This document shows, piece after piece, positions 51,732 through 64,000 of a DNA stretch of 64,000 nt (the first letter of the stretch is position 1; each line of letters begins with the position of its first letter). This stretch comes from Glaucostegus cemiculus (Eukaryota). Below the pieces are notes generated by a model. That model was not told the origin of the DNA. It did no database searches and saw nothing but the letters and a program-made list of their open reading frames with translations. Both the position numbers and the translations under genes were made by a program. The DNA lies in contig CDPCPM010000037.1 in NCBI GenBank assembly GCA_976551045.1, positions 14,942,001-15,006,000 on the forward strand. Reading direction: 5' to 3'.

Positions 51732-53257
51732 ATGAATAGTTTAACAGTTTCCCCATTGAACTAGAGTTACAGGAGAACAAGGTGAAATGAAAATATAAAA
51801 CATAAATGAATATTAATGCTTGCTTTGTGCAAAAGGATTAAATACCTTTGTTTAGTCCACAAAAAGAGTTAGTTCCAGTGACAATGAATGCTTAAAAAGT
51901 GGTTAAAAATGGATGAAAATAATTTATCATGATCAGGACAGAAGTAATTATCATTTACCAGGAAGCAATGCTAAAGTGCCTGATGGAGTAACAGCACAGT
52001 GTCCTTTATACGGAGATTAAAAGAAACTGAAACATCCTGAAGCAAGCAATGGTAAATGAAAAAATAAATAAATAGAGAGACACAAAATGAATTAACGTTC
52101 CATCAAATGCAGCAGATGCCCCCAGATGTGACCTGTCAGAGGCCATGAGGTTGGCATTCTACTAAAGGTGCTATGCAGACTTCGAAGTTTTGCTAATTGT
52201 AACGTTGAGTACTCCAGAGAGACCAACAAAACCAGATGGTTTCCATTTTTATGCACATGTTCTTTCAAACATAAGTGGGATTAGGAAAAGCAACTTAATA
52301 AACGTCCACAGGCACTCAAATAAACTGCAGTGATATACAAAGTCAATATACATCTCATAATGAAACTGTCTCAAATACATTCTTAAACAGTCGTGTAAAA
52401 TTAGCAAAATGCTATCTTTATCCTGGTTCTCATATAAGTCCATTTCACTATGCATTTTAACTGTGTAGTTAGTGATTGAAAAGATGAAATGCAAATGCCT
52501 CAATGCAAAATTAATTGTGATAGTACAATTAATCAGTACATTCTTAAGTGGAAGACGTTGGTAATTCAGGAACAAGTTCAGTCTGTAGTCTGGCAATCCT
52601 ACTTTGCACCAACATCTGGCCTCAGAGAAGACAAGCAACACTGAATCCAGGTCAGTGATCCCCACCAGCACCACCCACCCCTATAATCCAAACTTCCCAT
52701 TTAGTAGTAGTATTCAGAAATAGATTGATTTTCAAACTGTGAGATCCAAGTACACAATATCCTAACTAGCTATATTTTCCTATTTCTTAAGTCATTGTTA
52801 AACCAAAATCAGAACACTACTTAACAAATATGACTGAGTGAATTACTAGAGGCACTGCTGTGATTCAGGGACCTGGCCCATTAATGTATTCTCAAAGCAA
52901 TGCTGAAAGGCAATTTATGTAACATGGCTAGTATTGCTCACATCCTTTTTTTTTTTAAAACAATCAATAATGAAAAGCAAAAAAATAGTGGAAATATCAT
53001 GGTAAAGCTGGAAAACACTAATTTTACTATGACAGAATATACCACTAGAATTTCAACACAATACTGCCTTTAAGTTCATCAGAATTATATTGTTCAGCAA
53101 CAGCTCAAATTCAATTCATTTATATCCTCTGCATCAGTAAAGGGTAAGAATTACACTGACGGGAGATGGTAAACAATTTTTTAATTTACTAAAGATGGTA
53201 CACAATAACAAAACCAATTCATCACCAGTTATGACGATGTTGTCTTGTGTTACTTAC

Positions 53258-53394
53258 CTGAAAATGCTGTACATTTTTCCTGCATGTTGTGAAGTGTTCA
53301 AGTACCGCAGTGTAGTCCTCTTTACTAACATTACCACCATTTACTTTCAAAATACACTGGCCAGGGAGAAGGCCAGCCGCTGCAGCCCCAGAGC
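53258..53394 (-). CDS. PREX1: PREX1 exon, 137 nt (PDZ2: [20 protein letters not shown]...VLEHF...Q)
   Basis: ttgcag acceptor, gtaagt donor, phase 1/0. Confidence 0.95.
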
Positions 53395-55477
53395 CTGCAA
53401 GATAATCAGATTCACGCTGTGGTAAACCATTTGCAGTTCAAAACCTTCAAAGCAACACAACGCCACATTAAACAATGAAAGCATTTGATTAACTAGATTA
53501 TGCTGCAAACTCAGCAAGTAACCAGGCTCCTAATCTTCACCAGTCTAACTCAAAGTGCCAGCTCTCATCGTTAGGCATATTGTTAAGTAAATAGGTTTAT
53601 TTTAGTGGGATAGAGTACTGGAGCAGCCTTAAGCAGAAGTGGAATGTATGAGAATCACCAAAGTGACATAAATTAGAAAATTCAAACAGATGAGATGGTG
53701 AAAATAGGGTAAGAAAGAGAAACTTCCTGAAAACAGAGGAACACTCCTTGGACTCTGAAATAAACATCCATTTAAAGTAGTTCATATTTAGTAGCATCAA
53801 GCAGACTTTACCCTGCTACCAACAGTAAACACTCAGAATTGAATGTACAAGAATACAAGGAGGGTATAATCCACCGATGAAAATATTAGACATTTGGCAT
53901 TAGCTTTGTATACCAGTACACACAGAAACACAATGAAAAAAAAGCACATGAATTCAAAATGCATCCAAATATGTCAATAAATAAATCCAGCTTTCATTGT
54001 ATTCCACTTCCTTGATTTGCCTGGATTATGTCACATTCATTCATAAAGAAGAGGATTTAAGTCAATTAGTGTGCGAGAAGGAGAAAGACAGAAGTGAAAG
54101 ACAGTAGAATAGACAAGTATCTGCAGTTTCTGACAAGAAGGCATGACTGATTGCCTCATGAATGCTTGCTTCCTTAGCTTGTGTGAAATCTTCTAAAGAC
54201 AGACTGTTTATTCTATAAGCTACCTGTACATTTTGTAAAAACTATAAAACAAAGCTGTTTGGCAAGGAGAGAAATAGATATCCACTTCAAACTCCTCTGA
54301 ACCAGACTCAAATCAAGTGTCAGTAAAAACATTGCTCCAAGAATGGTATTATTCTACATATTTCTTCAATTATTTTTTTAAGTGTATGTTTCACATTTTA
54401 GCTGGAACAGCCTTGACACATATGGTTTAAAGTCATTTGAACTGAGAATCCCAAAGTTCACATGTCTTGATTTAAACAGCTCTTAACCTAATCATTGCCC
54501 AATGTTGTTTGCTGCTCAGTATTGCAATTTCCTGCAGTATTTAATTGCACAAAGCTCTACAGGTGACCCCTGCATTACTGAGGGGGTGCATACCTTGAAA
54601 AACATTCATACCATCATTTTCTATAAAGCAAAACCTCATTTCCCATTGAATCCCATGTTATACACGGTGAAGCAATCCTACAAGATGCTTTTCTCTCAAG
54701 AGTAATAATAAATACTGTAGCTGCTGTTTCATGGTAGGGCTGGGGGGGGGGGCGGGGGGGTTGGAGTTGGGATGGGGAGTGAGGCACTTAAAAGATTTGC
54801 TTTGGAAACTGACAAGGTGATCTCTTACGCGGCCAACAGCTGCTTGCGAAGACACAAGCAACTGCTGAAGCTCATCACCTATCAGCTTTCGGTTTGAATG
54901 AAACAAACTCTTAAATGCGTATCAAATATTGGTAAGATAGTTAATGATTTAACTCACAACGTAACACCTCTTCAACTATTCAAGGAACTGTGGTGCCTCT
55001 AAGTAACCTGCTAATTAAACAATCTATTTGGGCTTAAACGACCAACAGCTATCAATAATAAAGGATTGTAAAGATGAGCTATTGAGACAAGAGGAGATAA
55101 TGTATCCTGGTGAAAAGAGGAATGACGCGAATTTGTGCAGGAATCACAGATAACCTGCAATTTATGGAAGACTGCATGATACAGCATTGGAAGTATGGTA
55201 CAGTGATAGGAAAGATGACAGGAGATGGGGCAAAAGGAACGATAAAAACAACCTGAGAAGTAACTGGTCTCAAGTGGCCTTGGACTTGAGTTCAATCTTC
55301 CATTCCTTCAGAACAGACGCACTTGCCTTTCCACAATCAGTTTTAAATTAACAACCAAAAAACAAATTTTTTTGCCAAAAGATATGCCAATGCACAAAGT
55401 AAAAATATAATTAGAAATAAATCAAACTGAGGCAAAGAATACATTAAGAGGACCTCTCACCACTGCAATAAAAACAG

Positions 55478-55590
55478 ATCTTACGACAGGTCTCAGACCA
55501 GAAACATTAATTCTGTTTTCCTTTCCACAGATGATACTGACCTGCTGACTGTGTCCAGCATTTTCTGTTTTTATTTTAAATATCCAGCCT
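55478..55590 (+). repeat. Penelope-type short repeat with decayed hammerhead-like core
   Basis: cttacgacaggtctcagaccagaaacattaa...cagatgatactgacctgctgactgtgtccagcattttctg. Confidence 0.6.
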
Positions 55591-56714
55591 ATTCACATTT
55601 CTCCATCACTGCACTATTCTTGCCTCTTAAGGCCCTCAAGAAACTTAAGTCCTCATGCTTCCTCATATCTTTCATTGACTTGCCACATATATCACTACTA
55701 TGAAACTCTAAATTTTTCTTAACCAAACCTATTACCCATTTCTTGGCTACATGAAATGTTTGCCCCCAGAGAAATCAATAACTCAGTTGTTTCTCCTTTT
55801 TTCAGAACTGACAAGACAATTACTAGAAATGGATTAGCAAAGTGAGCATGTAATAAATGCGTACCTTAGATATTTTAATTATTAATCACAGTCTACATTT
55901 CAATCAAATACTTGTGTATTTGGAGCAGGCTGCTCTGGTGAACTCAAAACCTTGATAGAGTGTTTGGACAGGAATCTATATCTTCAGCTCTCTCACCTAT
56001 TCACTATAATTTATACTGACAGCAATATAGAGCTAATATTGAGGATAACCATTTAAATAAATTGTTCTGGCAATCAGAATATACTCATCTCAAAATTAAC
56101 AGCATCAGAAGCTTCCATGATGGTCTAACAAGTGAAAACTAACTTATTTTTCTTACTTTCAAAAAAAGTACAAATAAATTTAATAATGGTTTGCATAGGG
56201 AATATTGTTCTTTCTACAATCCTTCCTTTCAGTTGAGAATACATCGAAACAAAGTAGCAAGGTGTGGAATTGTGTGGACAGTACAAAATGGAGAGTCTTG
56301 CTCATTACCATCAGAGAAAAAATTTAAATCAATAATTTGTTCAAACTAAAACGATCTGCAATGTTTTTCCCTCAAAAATTTTTGCAACCCCCATAATGTT
56401 TCTGTTACTTCAGCACAGTCTTTCATTTTCCCAGTAATAAAATCCTACTCACCTGCTTTCAATTATGCTATTTCTCTGTCAGTTCAAACTTCTTTCCCCC
56501 CCTTGTTCAAAGAAAATTAAATTGCAGGTCACCACGCAAGCATTTGAAAGTTAAGGTTACTGTAACTGTAGAATTGTAAAAGCATCATGTTGAGATTTTT
56601 ATTGAAGCTCTGAATGGAGGGTAATTGAGGTGATCCTGGAAAGCTAGTATCTAATGTGAATTTTGCAAAAGCAGTATAGCAAGTTGATATATCAGCATTG
56701 TATTTTGAAGACAT

Positions 56715-59300
56715 CACAAATTGGTTACAGCACAGAAGGCCATTTGGTCCACAAAGACTATACTAGCTCAAGGAGCAATCCATCTCATCCCACTCTCACC
56801 AACTTCTCTGCATAGCCCTGAAGATTATATCCTTTCAGATATTTATCCAGGTCCCATCTGAAAACTCCATTTGTATCTCCCTCCACTACAATTCTTGGCA
56901 TCATATTCCAGGCACTAAACACTTGGTATTTAAAAAAACATGTCACTTTTGGTTATTTTGCCAATGTCTACATCCCCTAGTTTTTGTTGCACCAGAAAGC
57001 TTCTATCTACTCTATCTGTTCTGTACTTTATCTTAAATTCAACAAACTACATACATATGTTTCTATAATTGCAGTTCATATATCCCTCCTACCAAAATGA
57101 GCTAAATGTGAAGCCAATCTCTCTCTTGGCTGGGGTGTGTAGACCTAGTGTCAAAGTCACAAATTAAGGGGTTGACCATTCAGGATGGAGAGGAGAAGGA
57201 AGTTCATCACATAGAGGGTGATGAGTCTTTGGAATTCTCTATCTAAGAGGCTCTGTCACTAAATATGTTCAAAAAAGAAATATACAAATTTTTTGAGTTC
57301 TAAGGGAATCAAGGTTTATGGAGTCATTGCAGCAAAGTCACACTGAGCTGAAGAATCAACCACAATCTTACTGAATGGTGAAGCAGACATGCAGGTTAAG
57401 TTGATCTACTCCTGCATCTGGATTCATCCCCAAGTCCTTATGTACCCAAGCCATTAATACATGTCATGAATTCTACTGTACACTTCCCTTCAGTCTGAAA
57501 ACCTGACTTTGTTTTCTGTTACTTAACCAATTTTCTATCCATGCAAATATAGTCCCTTTTATTTCATGACTTTCAACTTTCATGACACATCTATTAGATA
57601 GAACCTTATCAAATGCCTTTTGAAAGTTGCTGTCTAGCACATCAAACTTAGTCCCCTCATCGACCCTCTAACTTCAATGAAATGCCCTGACCAAGTTAAA
57701 ACCATAGAACCATAGAACAGTATGGCACAATACAGGCCCTTTGGCCCATCATGTTGTGCCAACCTTTAAACCATGCCTAAGATTATCTAACCCCTTCCTC
57801 CTACATATCCCCCTATTTTTTTTTTAATTTTATTTACAGCGAGGTAACAGGCCCTTTCGGCCCTCCGAGTCCACACCGCCCATTTTTAACCCCCAAATTA
57901 ACCTACCCATACGTCTTTCGGAATGTGGGAGGAAACCGGAGCACCCGGAGGAAACCCACGCAGACATGGGAGAACGTACAAACTCCTTACAGACAGCAAC
58001 GGAAATCGAACCCCGATCGCTGGCGCTGTAATAGCGTCGCGCTAACCGCTACGCTATCGTGCCCCACCCTTATCAACCTTCCTGGTCACCTCCTCAAAGA
58101 ACCCTATCAGGCTTGTGAGACATGATCTTCCCTTCACAAAGCCATGCTGGCTGTCCCTAATCAGTTCATGATTCTCTAAATGCTCATAGATCCTATCTCT
58201 TAGAATCCTTTCCAACAGCTTGCCCACCACAAGTTAGTTAGACATGATTTGCCTTTATTCTGGCTTTCTCCAACCAATCCAATTTGCAAATGACTGCTAG
58301 TTCTGTCCCAGCTGATGTTTCTGAAACACTACCCAGCAATGAGCATTACCCAACTGTTCTGTAGTTACTTTGTTTATACCTTTACACTTTTTAGAACAAT
58401 GGTTTAACATTTGGAAATTCCAAATATTTAAACACCATGCGCAAATCTAGATAACACTTGGATTATCTAGGTAAATCTGGAGAATATGGCCAGTCTCTCT
58501 GCAATTTCTCCTTTGCTTCCCTCAGCAAATTAGGATGCATTCTACTTGGACCAGGTGATTCATCTAAGTTTAAGCACAGTTGGTATTGCTAGTACCTACA
58601 CTTGTGCTATTTTTAGTCCATCTGAAACCATACCTGCAATTTGTTTGCCAAGAGTGCAACAGCATCTTCTTGCTTGAAGATTGATGCAAATTTCTCATTT
58701 AGATTCTCAGCCGTGTCTTCTACCTCTATGACTACATTTCCTTTTTTATTCCAATTGATGCTAATCTCTCGTCTTACCAGTTTAGCTGTCAGATGCCTAC
58801 AGAATGTTTTGATTCCCGCTTAATTTTGCTTAAGTCTTTCCTCATTTTCTCTCTTTTAAATTCCCTTTGAACTTTCTGTAGACAGACTTGTTCTCACTTG
58901 TCTCACCAACTAGCATTTGTCTTAGGTTCTGGTTCCTGTTCTTCTTAGGTGCTCTGGTTCAATTTCTTTACTATTCCCCCTCATGATAATTTATCTAGAA
59001 TGTAGCCAAACCATTTCCACCTGTAAAAGGCTGCCACCGTTCATACAGTTTTGGCTGCTAAGCATCAATTTTAGGGCAGATCTTTTTTCATCCTGTTGAA
59101 AGAGTCCCTCTACAATTAAGTACTTTTACCTTGGAGTGGTCTATTTTCTTTCCATAGATATTCTAAACCTTGTATTATGATCGCTATTTCCTAGATCCTT
59201 CCCCACAACTCTTGTTCAACTTGGCTTGTCTCATTACCCAGAACATGGTCAAATGATTGCCCAAGTGACAACCCTCCCTCTCCCAAGTCAACTGTTGAAG
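56715..59300 (-). mobile_element. Old CR1 (minus) with nested insertions, including a + strand CR1 3' piece at about 57100-57420
   Basis: accttatcaaatgccttttgaaag (reverse of FQKAFDKV), ggaccaggtgatt, ttgatgcaaa; heavily decayed. Confidence 0.75.
57699..58229 (-). mobile_element. Composite CR1(RT)-V-SINE-CR1(3' tail) insert flanked by caagtta TSD
   Basis: caagtta at 57692-57698 and 58230-58236; tail (catagaac)2; SINE 57815-58066; RT piece 58067-58229. Confidence 0.8.
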
Positions 59301-59717
59301 TGGACAAGGTAAAATCATGACCTCTAAAGGGAAACTGAGTGAGTAACATGTGCCTGTGCATTTCTTAGCTGTTGATTGAAGGCAGTCAATATAAAGGTTA
59401 TAAAGAATCACTCTACCCATTTCCTTAGATGAAATCAACCCCATGTCACAGAAAGCAAAAGGATAAACAAATGAGAAATTCAGTAGTTACTTCACTTGCA
59501 AAGACACTCCAAGGAACGCTAGGTACACACAGGATATAGGTCAAAAAATCTCCATGTGCCACATGGAGAGCAAGGGTGGACATAAATGTTCCAGGAAAGC
59601 AACACATCGCCATGTACACATAGATTCTTCTCTTAGAGCTCTCAGTATAGAATCAGTAGGAGGAAAAGTCAAAAAGAGGGTTGCATGAAGACACACAGCA
59701 ACTGTTCCTTAATTTAA

Positions 59718-59830
59718 GAACAAAAAAAATCTGCAGATGCTGGAAATCTGAAATAAAAATAGAAAATACTGGAAATAACTCAGGCAGCATCTGTGGAACC
59801 AGAAACAGGATTAACATTCTATGACCTTAC
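59718..59830 (-). repeat. Penelope-type short repeat
   Basis: ctgcagatgctggaaatctgaaataaaaatagaaaatactggaaataactcaggcagcatctgtgg. Confidence 0.65.
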
Positions 59831-60160
59831 ATTAACTGTTGTTTAATGTCTATTCAGAACTGCATCCAATCAATGGGAAGTTGTCAAATTATATTTGGAG
59901 AGTGAGAAAGATAAATGAATTTGCAAAGTAAGGTTCAAAAAGAAATTTGAAATTTTGGACAAAGTCTTAGATCAATAGAAATGAAAGTCATAATTAATAG
60001 CTTTTCACCAGTTGATTGTTCTAAAGATTCAAGATGTATTGGGCATGAAACAACAATGCATTTCAGACTTGTCAATATAACATATTAGAAGTAGCCTGTG
60101 GATATTTGTGAAGAGATATCACAGTTAAGGAACCACATTCTGTGAGTCAACATATCTTAC

Positions 60161-60243
60161 CTTTCAGAACTGCATGAACAAATGGAGGAGCAGCACCACA
60201 GATCTGGAAGTTCAGTCCTTCGGAGTCCGGAATTTTGATGATC
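60161..60243 (-). CDS. PREX1: PREX1 exon, 83 nt (PDZ2 start: IIKIPDSEGLNFQICGAAPPFVHAVLK)
   Basis: atttag acceptor, gtaaga donor, phase 2/1. Confidence 0.95.
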
Positions 60244-61599
60244 CTAAATCAACAACACAAGCATTAGAGAGCTACACTCAGTTAGCTGATTTCAAATATA
60301 TATTTTGTCAATAGAACTTTCTAACATTTCCAGGCAAGTTATAATTCTGAATGCACCTCTTCAAGAGCTTCCCTATGTAACCTATTGCCATGAGAATTCA
60401 AACAGGAAGAAAAGTTGCAATTAGAATTGCATCACTCAAAGGATCTGAGCCATTAACAGCAGCTCATTAAAAAGTAATTGAGAGCTTTTAATGCCACAAG
60501 CTGTTTCAGGGCACAAGGTTTCAATATCCAAAATCTCTTGAAAGTCCATTGTAAAAGTAGGGTGTCACAGTGCGTAAAAGTACACCAACTGCAACAGTTT
60601 AAATGGTGATACTGATTGCAAGATGAAATAAGAGAAACAAGAATATTGAAGCTATGGCAGGCATTTAAAATGGATCATGACTGCAAAAGATTTTTTTTAA
60701 TAAAACAGCAAATCAAATTGCAAGGAAACAAATGTTGTACCAAAACCCCTTGTTGCATGATTTATGTATACTGGGGGAAAAAAAAATCTCCCTGCATTTC
60801 TGGAGGACTTTCTCAAAAATAAGTTCACATACAACTTCAAAACAAGCAAAGAATGATTTACACCCAATCAAGTGCTTCCTTTTGGACAAAGTGATTAAAA
60901 GGATGAAAATTGGACAACTTTTAATAAGGTTCAAAGCTTGCTGTAATCAAACCCAGAACACCTGAAGTAGAAACAAAATTGATCTCAAGTTTAATTTCAG
61001 TGATATTCACCAAAATTTAGCATAAAACTTTGATATACTTTGCTGTAGAAAATCCATGAACAACAACTATTGCTGCACAGGTCAAGTCCAGCTAAACATT
61101 CTAATTTTAAGACTTAAATCTAGATTTTAAAATCCATTTGGTCTAATTTTGGTAAACTGATGCTGAAATTCAAAAATTCATTGTGGTTTGGAAAATATTG
61201 CCAGAATATGGCATTAAATCAAACATAATGGCAGTTTTATTATTAAGGTAACATTTCATTTTCTGGGTAATGGTGATAGAGGTGTTAAAAATTTGATATC
61301 TAATTGCACCATCTATCATGTCTCGAGAGGATGTTTGACACAAACACCAAAGCAGACACATATTTAAGCAGTTTCATTGTCAAGATTTGCATAAGAACAA
61401 AACCACAACTTAACAAAAACACTTAACCCAAACTTGCTCATCTAAATTGAACAGAAGTCAGATGGGTTATTAAAACTGAATAGTTGAAATGTGTGCCATT
61501 TAAAGCACTGTTTTCTGTAAATTATGCTCTTAATACACCAACAGTGGCCAACTAAAATGTATTTCTTCAGATCTTAACTTGGAAAGGGATGAGTTAATC

Positions 61600-61930
61600 A
61601 ATGGCAGTAAGCATGGATTTAAGTTCCTGCCTGACAAACTTGATTGAATTTTCTGAAGTAACTAGAAGGGTTGAGGATGGTAGCACATTTAATGAAATTC
61701 ACATGGAGTTCAGAGAGACATTTGATGAGCTCTCCCATAGCAGACAAAAGAAAAACAGAAGCATATGGAATCCAAGGGGAGGTGGAGTTGGGATAAAAAA
61801 CTGGCTCAGTGTTAGCAAGCAAAGAATAACAATTGGCAGGTGTTTATATATAAAATTAATCACTTTGGCTATCATGGATGCAATGCACTGAACGGCATCC
61901 CTCGGTGTTGTCAACTTCTATAATTCTGAA
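61600..61930 (+). mobile_element. Old CR1 RT fragment
   Basis: SCLTNLIEFSEVTRRVEDG...MEF..TFDELSH. Confidence 0.8.
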
Positions 61931-62568
61931 AACTTACTCCCCATTATGTATTGCTCTGATTCATGAGTTATTGAGGGGAACAATACAAAGATTCCTAGCA
62001 TCAAGGGATTCAGTGAGTGAGGCGATCAGATCTTAATTAATGCTGCCATTGTTTCCTTCTTGGAATGTAAAAACCATTTTATGAAAAGGCAATTCTATTT
62101 TAGAAGAGCAGAGATTTGTTGCACAGGTAAATTAAATCATTTCCAAAACTATGCCAAGACCAAGAGGAATATCTCGCTGTGTATTTGGAATAATACTGCG
62201 CTATAGATCAGAACATCATGCTGCAGGCTATGGCTTGAAAGATGTGTTAAAATTGCCAAAAAATTATCTTGAGACAGCTTTACTCTAAGTACATGCCACA
62301 AATGATCAAGCAGCTGAGAATGCCAACAGCAAATGTTTCAATATACAAAACCAACACCCTGATGTACACCCATTTATGACTGAAACAACCAGAGTGAGGA
62401 AACTTCAAATACATTGCCTACAATGGCATTATTGAATGTCAATCTTACCACATCAATTTTTTGTAAAATGATTATGCAATTAACATTCAAGTTCTCCTCT
62501 GTGGAAAAAGAAAAATGACTAATGCTACTGTTCGAGCAAACTTTAGCTAGTCATATGACATGACTCAC

Positions 62569-62717
62569 TCTTTGGGTTTCGTTGCAATCAGCACCCTCAG
62601 TGGCCTTCGACTGCAATGCAACTGATTTAGAATAGTCTCTACTTCCACAAATGGCCGTAGGAAAACCAGATCTTCATTAATGGAGTAAATCTTCCGTCCA
62701 ACCTGAAGACCTGCCAC
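62569..62717 (-). CDS. PREX1: PREX1 exon, 149 nt (PDZ1 C-terminal part: [23 protein letters not shown]...IATKPKE)
   Basis: ctacag acceptor, gtgagt donor, phase 0/2. Confidence 0.95.
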
Positions 62718-64000
62718 CTGTAGCACAAATGAAGCGCCAAATATTTGAAAACAATCCAAGTTAGATATTTTTAAGCTGATCAACTAACACCAATTTACAT
62801 CTGTGATAAAATAAGAGCAAAGGTTCATGATTTTAATCAACTTAAAGTAGTAACTTGTGCACATATTTACTCCAGTATGATCAAGTTTATCCACAAACAG
62901 AACACCAATACAAAACAAGATTTTATTTGGTACAACTTTCATTATAACCAGTTCATAATAAAGCATAGAAAAAAAAGCAGATTTTGTAGGTGAGTTCCAC
63001 CCTATGAGGAAAAATAAACAAGTTGAAACCAAATAATAAGTTAGATGGAAGCCAAATTACATAGTAAACAAGTTCATGTCTCAAATCAAAGCAAGCCTTT
63101 TTATTGAATAAATGAACAATATACTAATACAGATTTCTGAAGATGTCATAATTAAATTTCTCCCACTTTGCCACCCTTTTGTTTTTAAACAACCAATATC
63201 CTGGCTTACATCAAGTACATCTGCTCAGCTTTTAAACAGGACTGTTGCGTAACAATGTAGTGAGGCACCGTGACCAGAATCTTGAAAGATTCCATCGTTT
63301 ATTACCAGATTGCCAATCTGTATTTAGTATTCAAGTCTCCAGTTCACTGTGTTCACCACTGTTACTAGTGCTGCTTTGAAAGCAATCTGACAAACAGTAA
63401 TTGTCAAAGAGTTTTACTGAACATCAATTAAGAACATTTTCAGAATGCTTTTCCACATGCAGTTTTAGCATGTTACTTTAGGATGCACTTCAACAATAAG
63501 CCTTTGAGAATTTTCAGTGGGAAGCTTAAGTGATGGTTATTCACAAAAACTACAAAATGTTGATCAAACAATCAGTGATCTGTAACGTATTTATGAAGTT
63601 GGGATCTAAGATACAGATTTGCAAGAGATGCTTTAACTATGAAATCAAAGTGAGGTTTGGGGAGAAGTACAAACTAGTGTAAAATAATTACTGATGATAC
63701 CAACCATCAATTCTAACAAAATGGAAACACTGGAAGCATCATATTCACAATTTTTTTTTAAACCGCAAATTAGTAAAGGTCACACTTTTGAAGTGCACTT
63801 TAATGTACTTATGAAAGTGAATCTGCATGTATTTAAACCAACAACGACATTATTTTTCATTTGTCTTATATAAAGAGTAAAACTTGTACATTATAACTAA
63901 GTGAAAAGGCACAGCTTCTGCATCTGAATAATAAATGCAGTATGTTCCAGGAAATGTGTACATTAAGTTAAAAGGAAAATCTCAAAGCACTTCTTCTGGA

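Larger units (their letters stand above)
5280..62717 (-). other. PREX1: PREX1 gene, 3' portion (23 coding exons; 5' exons lie beyond window end)
   Basis: 23 exons with GT-AG ends and matching phases sum to 3051 nt of open frame; translation matches P-Rex PDZ/IP4P regions; C-terminus RLYRLCQPPSDGDL is PREX1-type (human recalled as RLYRLCQPPVDGDL), not PREX2-type. Confidence 0.96.

Noticed and set aside
53395-53446. Upstream alternative acceptor (ttgctttgaag) for the PDZ2 exon
   Set aside because: Adds 50 nt and frameshifts; the downstream ttgcag gives the homologous frame
1-64000. Prokaryotic-type systems (CRISPR arrays, operons, retrons) suggested by RT ORFs
   Set aside because: Sequence is a spliced vertebrate gene; all RT motifs belong to CR1 LINEs and no repeat-spacer array is present

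Overview
Eukaryotic, AT-rich vertebrate genomic DNA. The repeat families (CR1 LINEs, V-domain tRNA-SINEs, Penelope-type short repeats) point to a cartilaginous fish (shark/ray); species not determinable here. The window is almost wholly the 3' part of one minus-strand gene, PREX1 (PIP3/G-beta-gamma-dependent Rac GEF). I reconstructed 23 GT-AG exons by hand (62717 to 5280). All phases join into one open 3051-nt frame (1016 aa + TGA) covering the end of PDZ1, PDZ2 and the IP4P-like pseudophosphatase domain, ending ...RLYRLCQPPSDGDL*. A roughly 3.1-kb 3' UTR follows, with poly(A) signals near 2150-2310. Introns carry many CR1 fragments, young V-SINEs and older SINE/Penelope-type remnants. Most ORFs in the supplied track are spurious or CR1-derived. 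Most notable observations: (1) a candidate unannotated alternative last exon (1136-938) in the correct phase, followed by a duplicated copy of the main poly(A) region; (2) a TSD-bounded CR1-SINE-CR1 chimeric insert; (3) a candidate intronic poly(A) site that would give an IP4P-truncated isoform; (4) inverted CR1 copies flanking two exons; (5) several perfect hairpins and decayed hammerhead-like cores. None is established as a new biological system from sequence alone. Comparisons with human PREX1/PREX2 and repeat family names come from recall, not from a search. Repeat boundaries are approximate.
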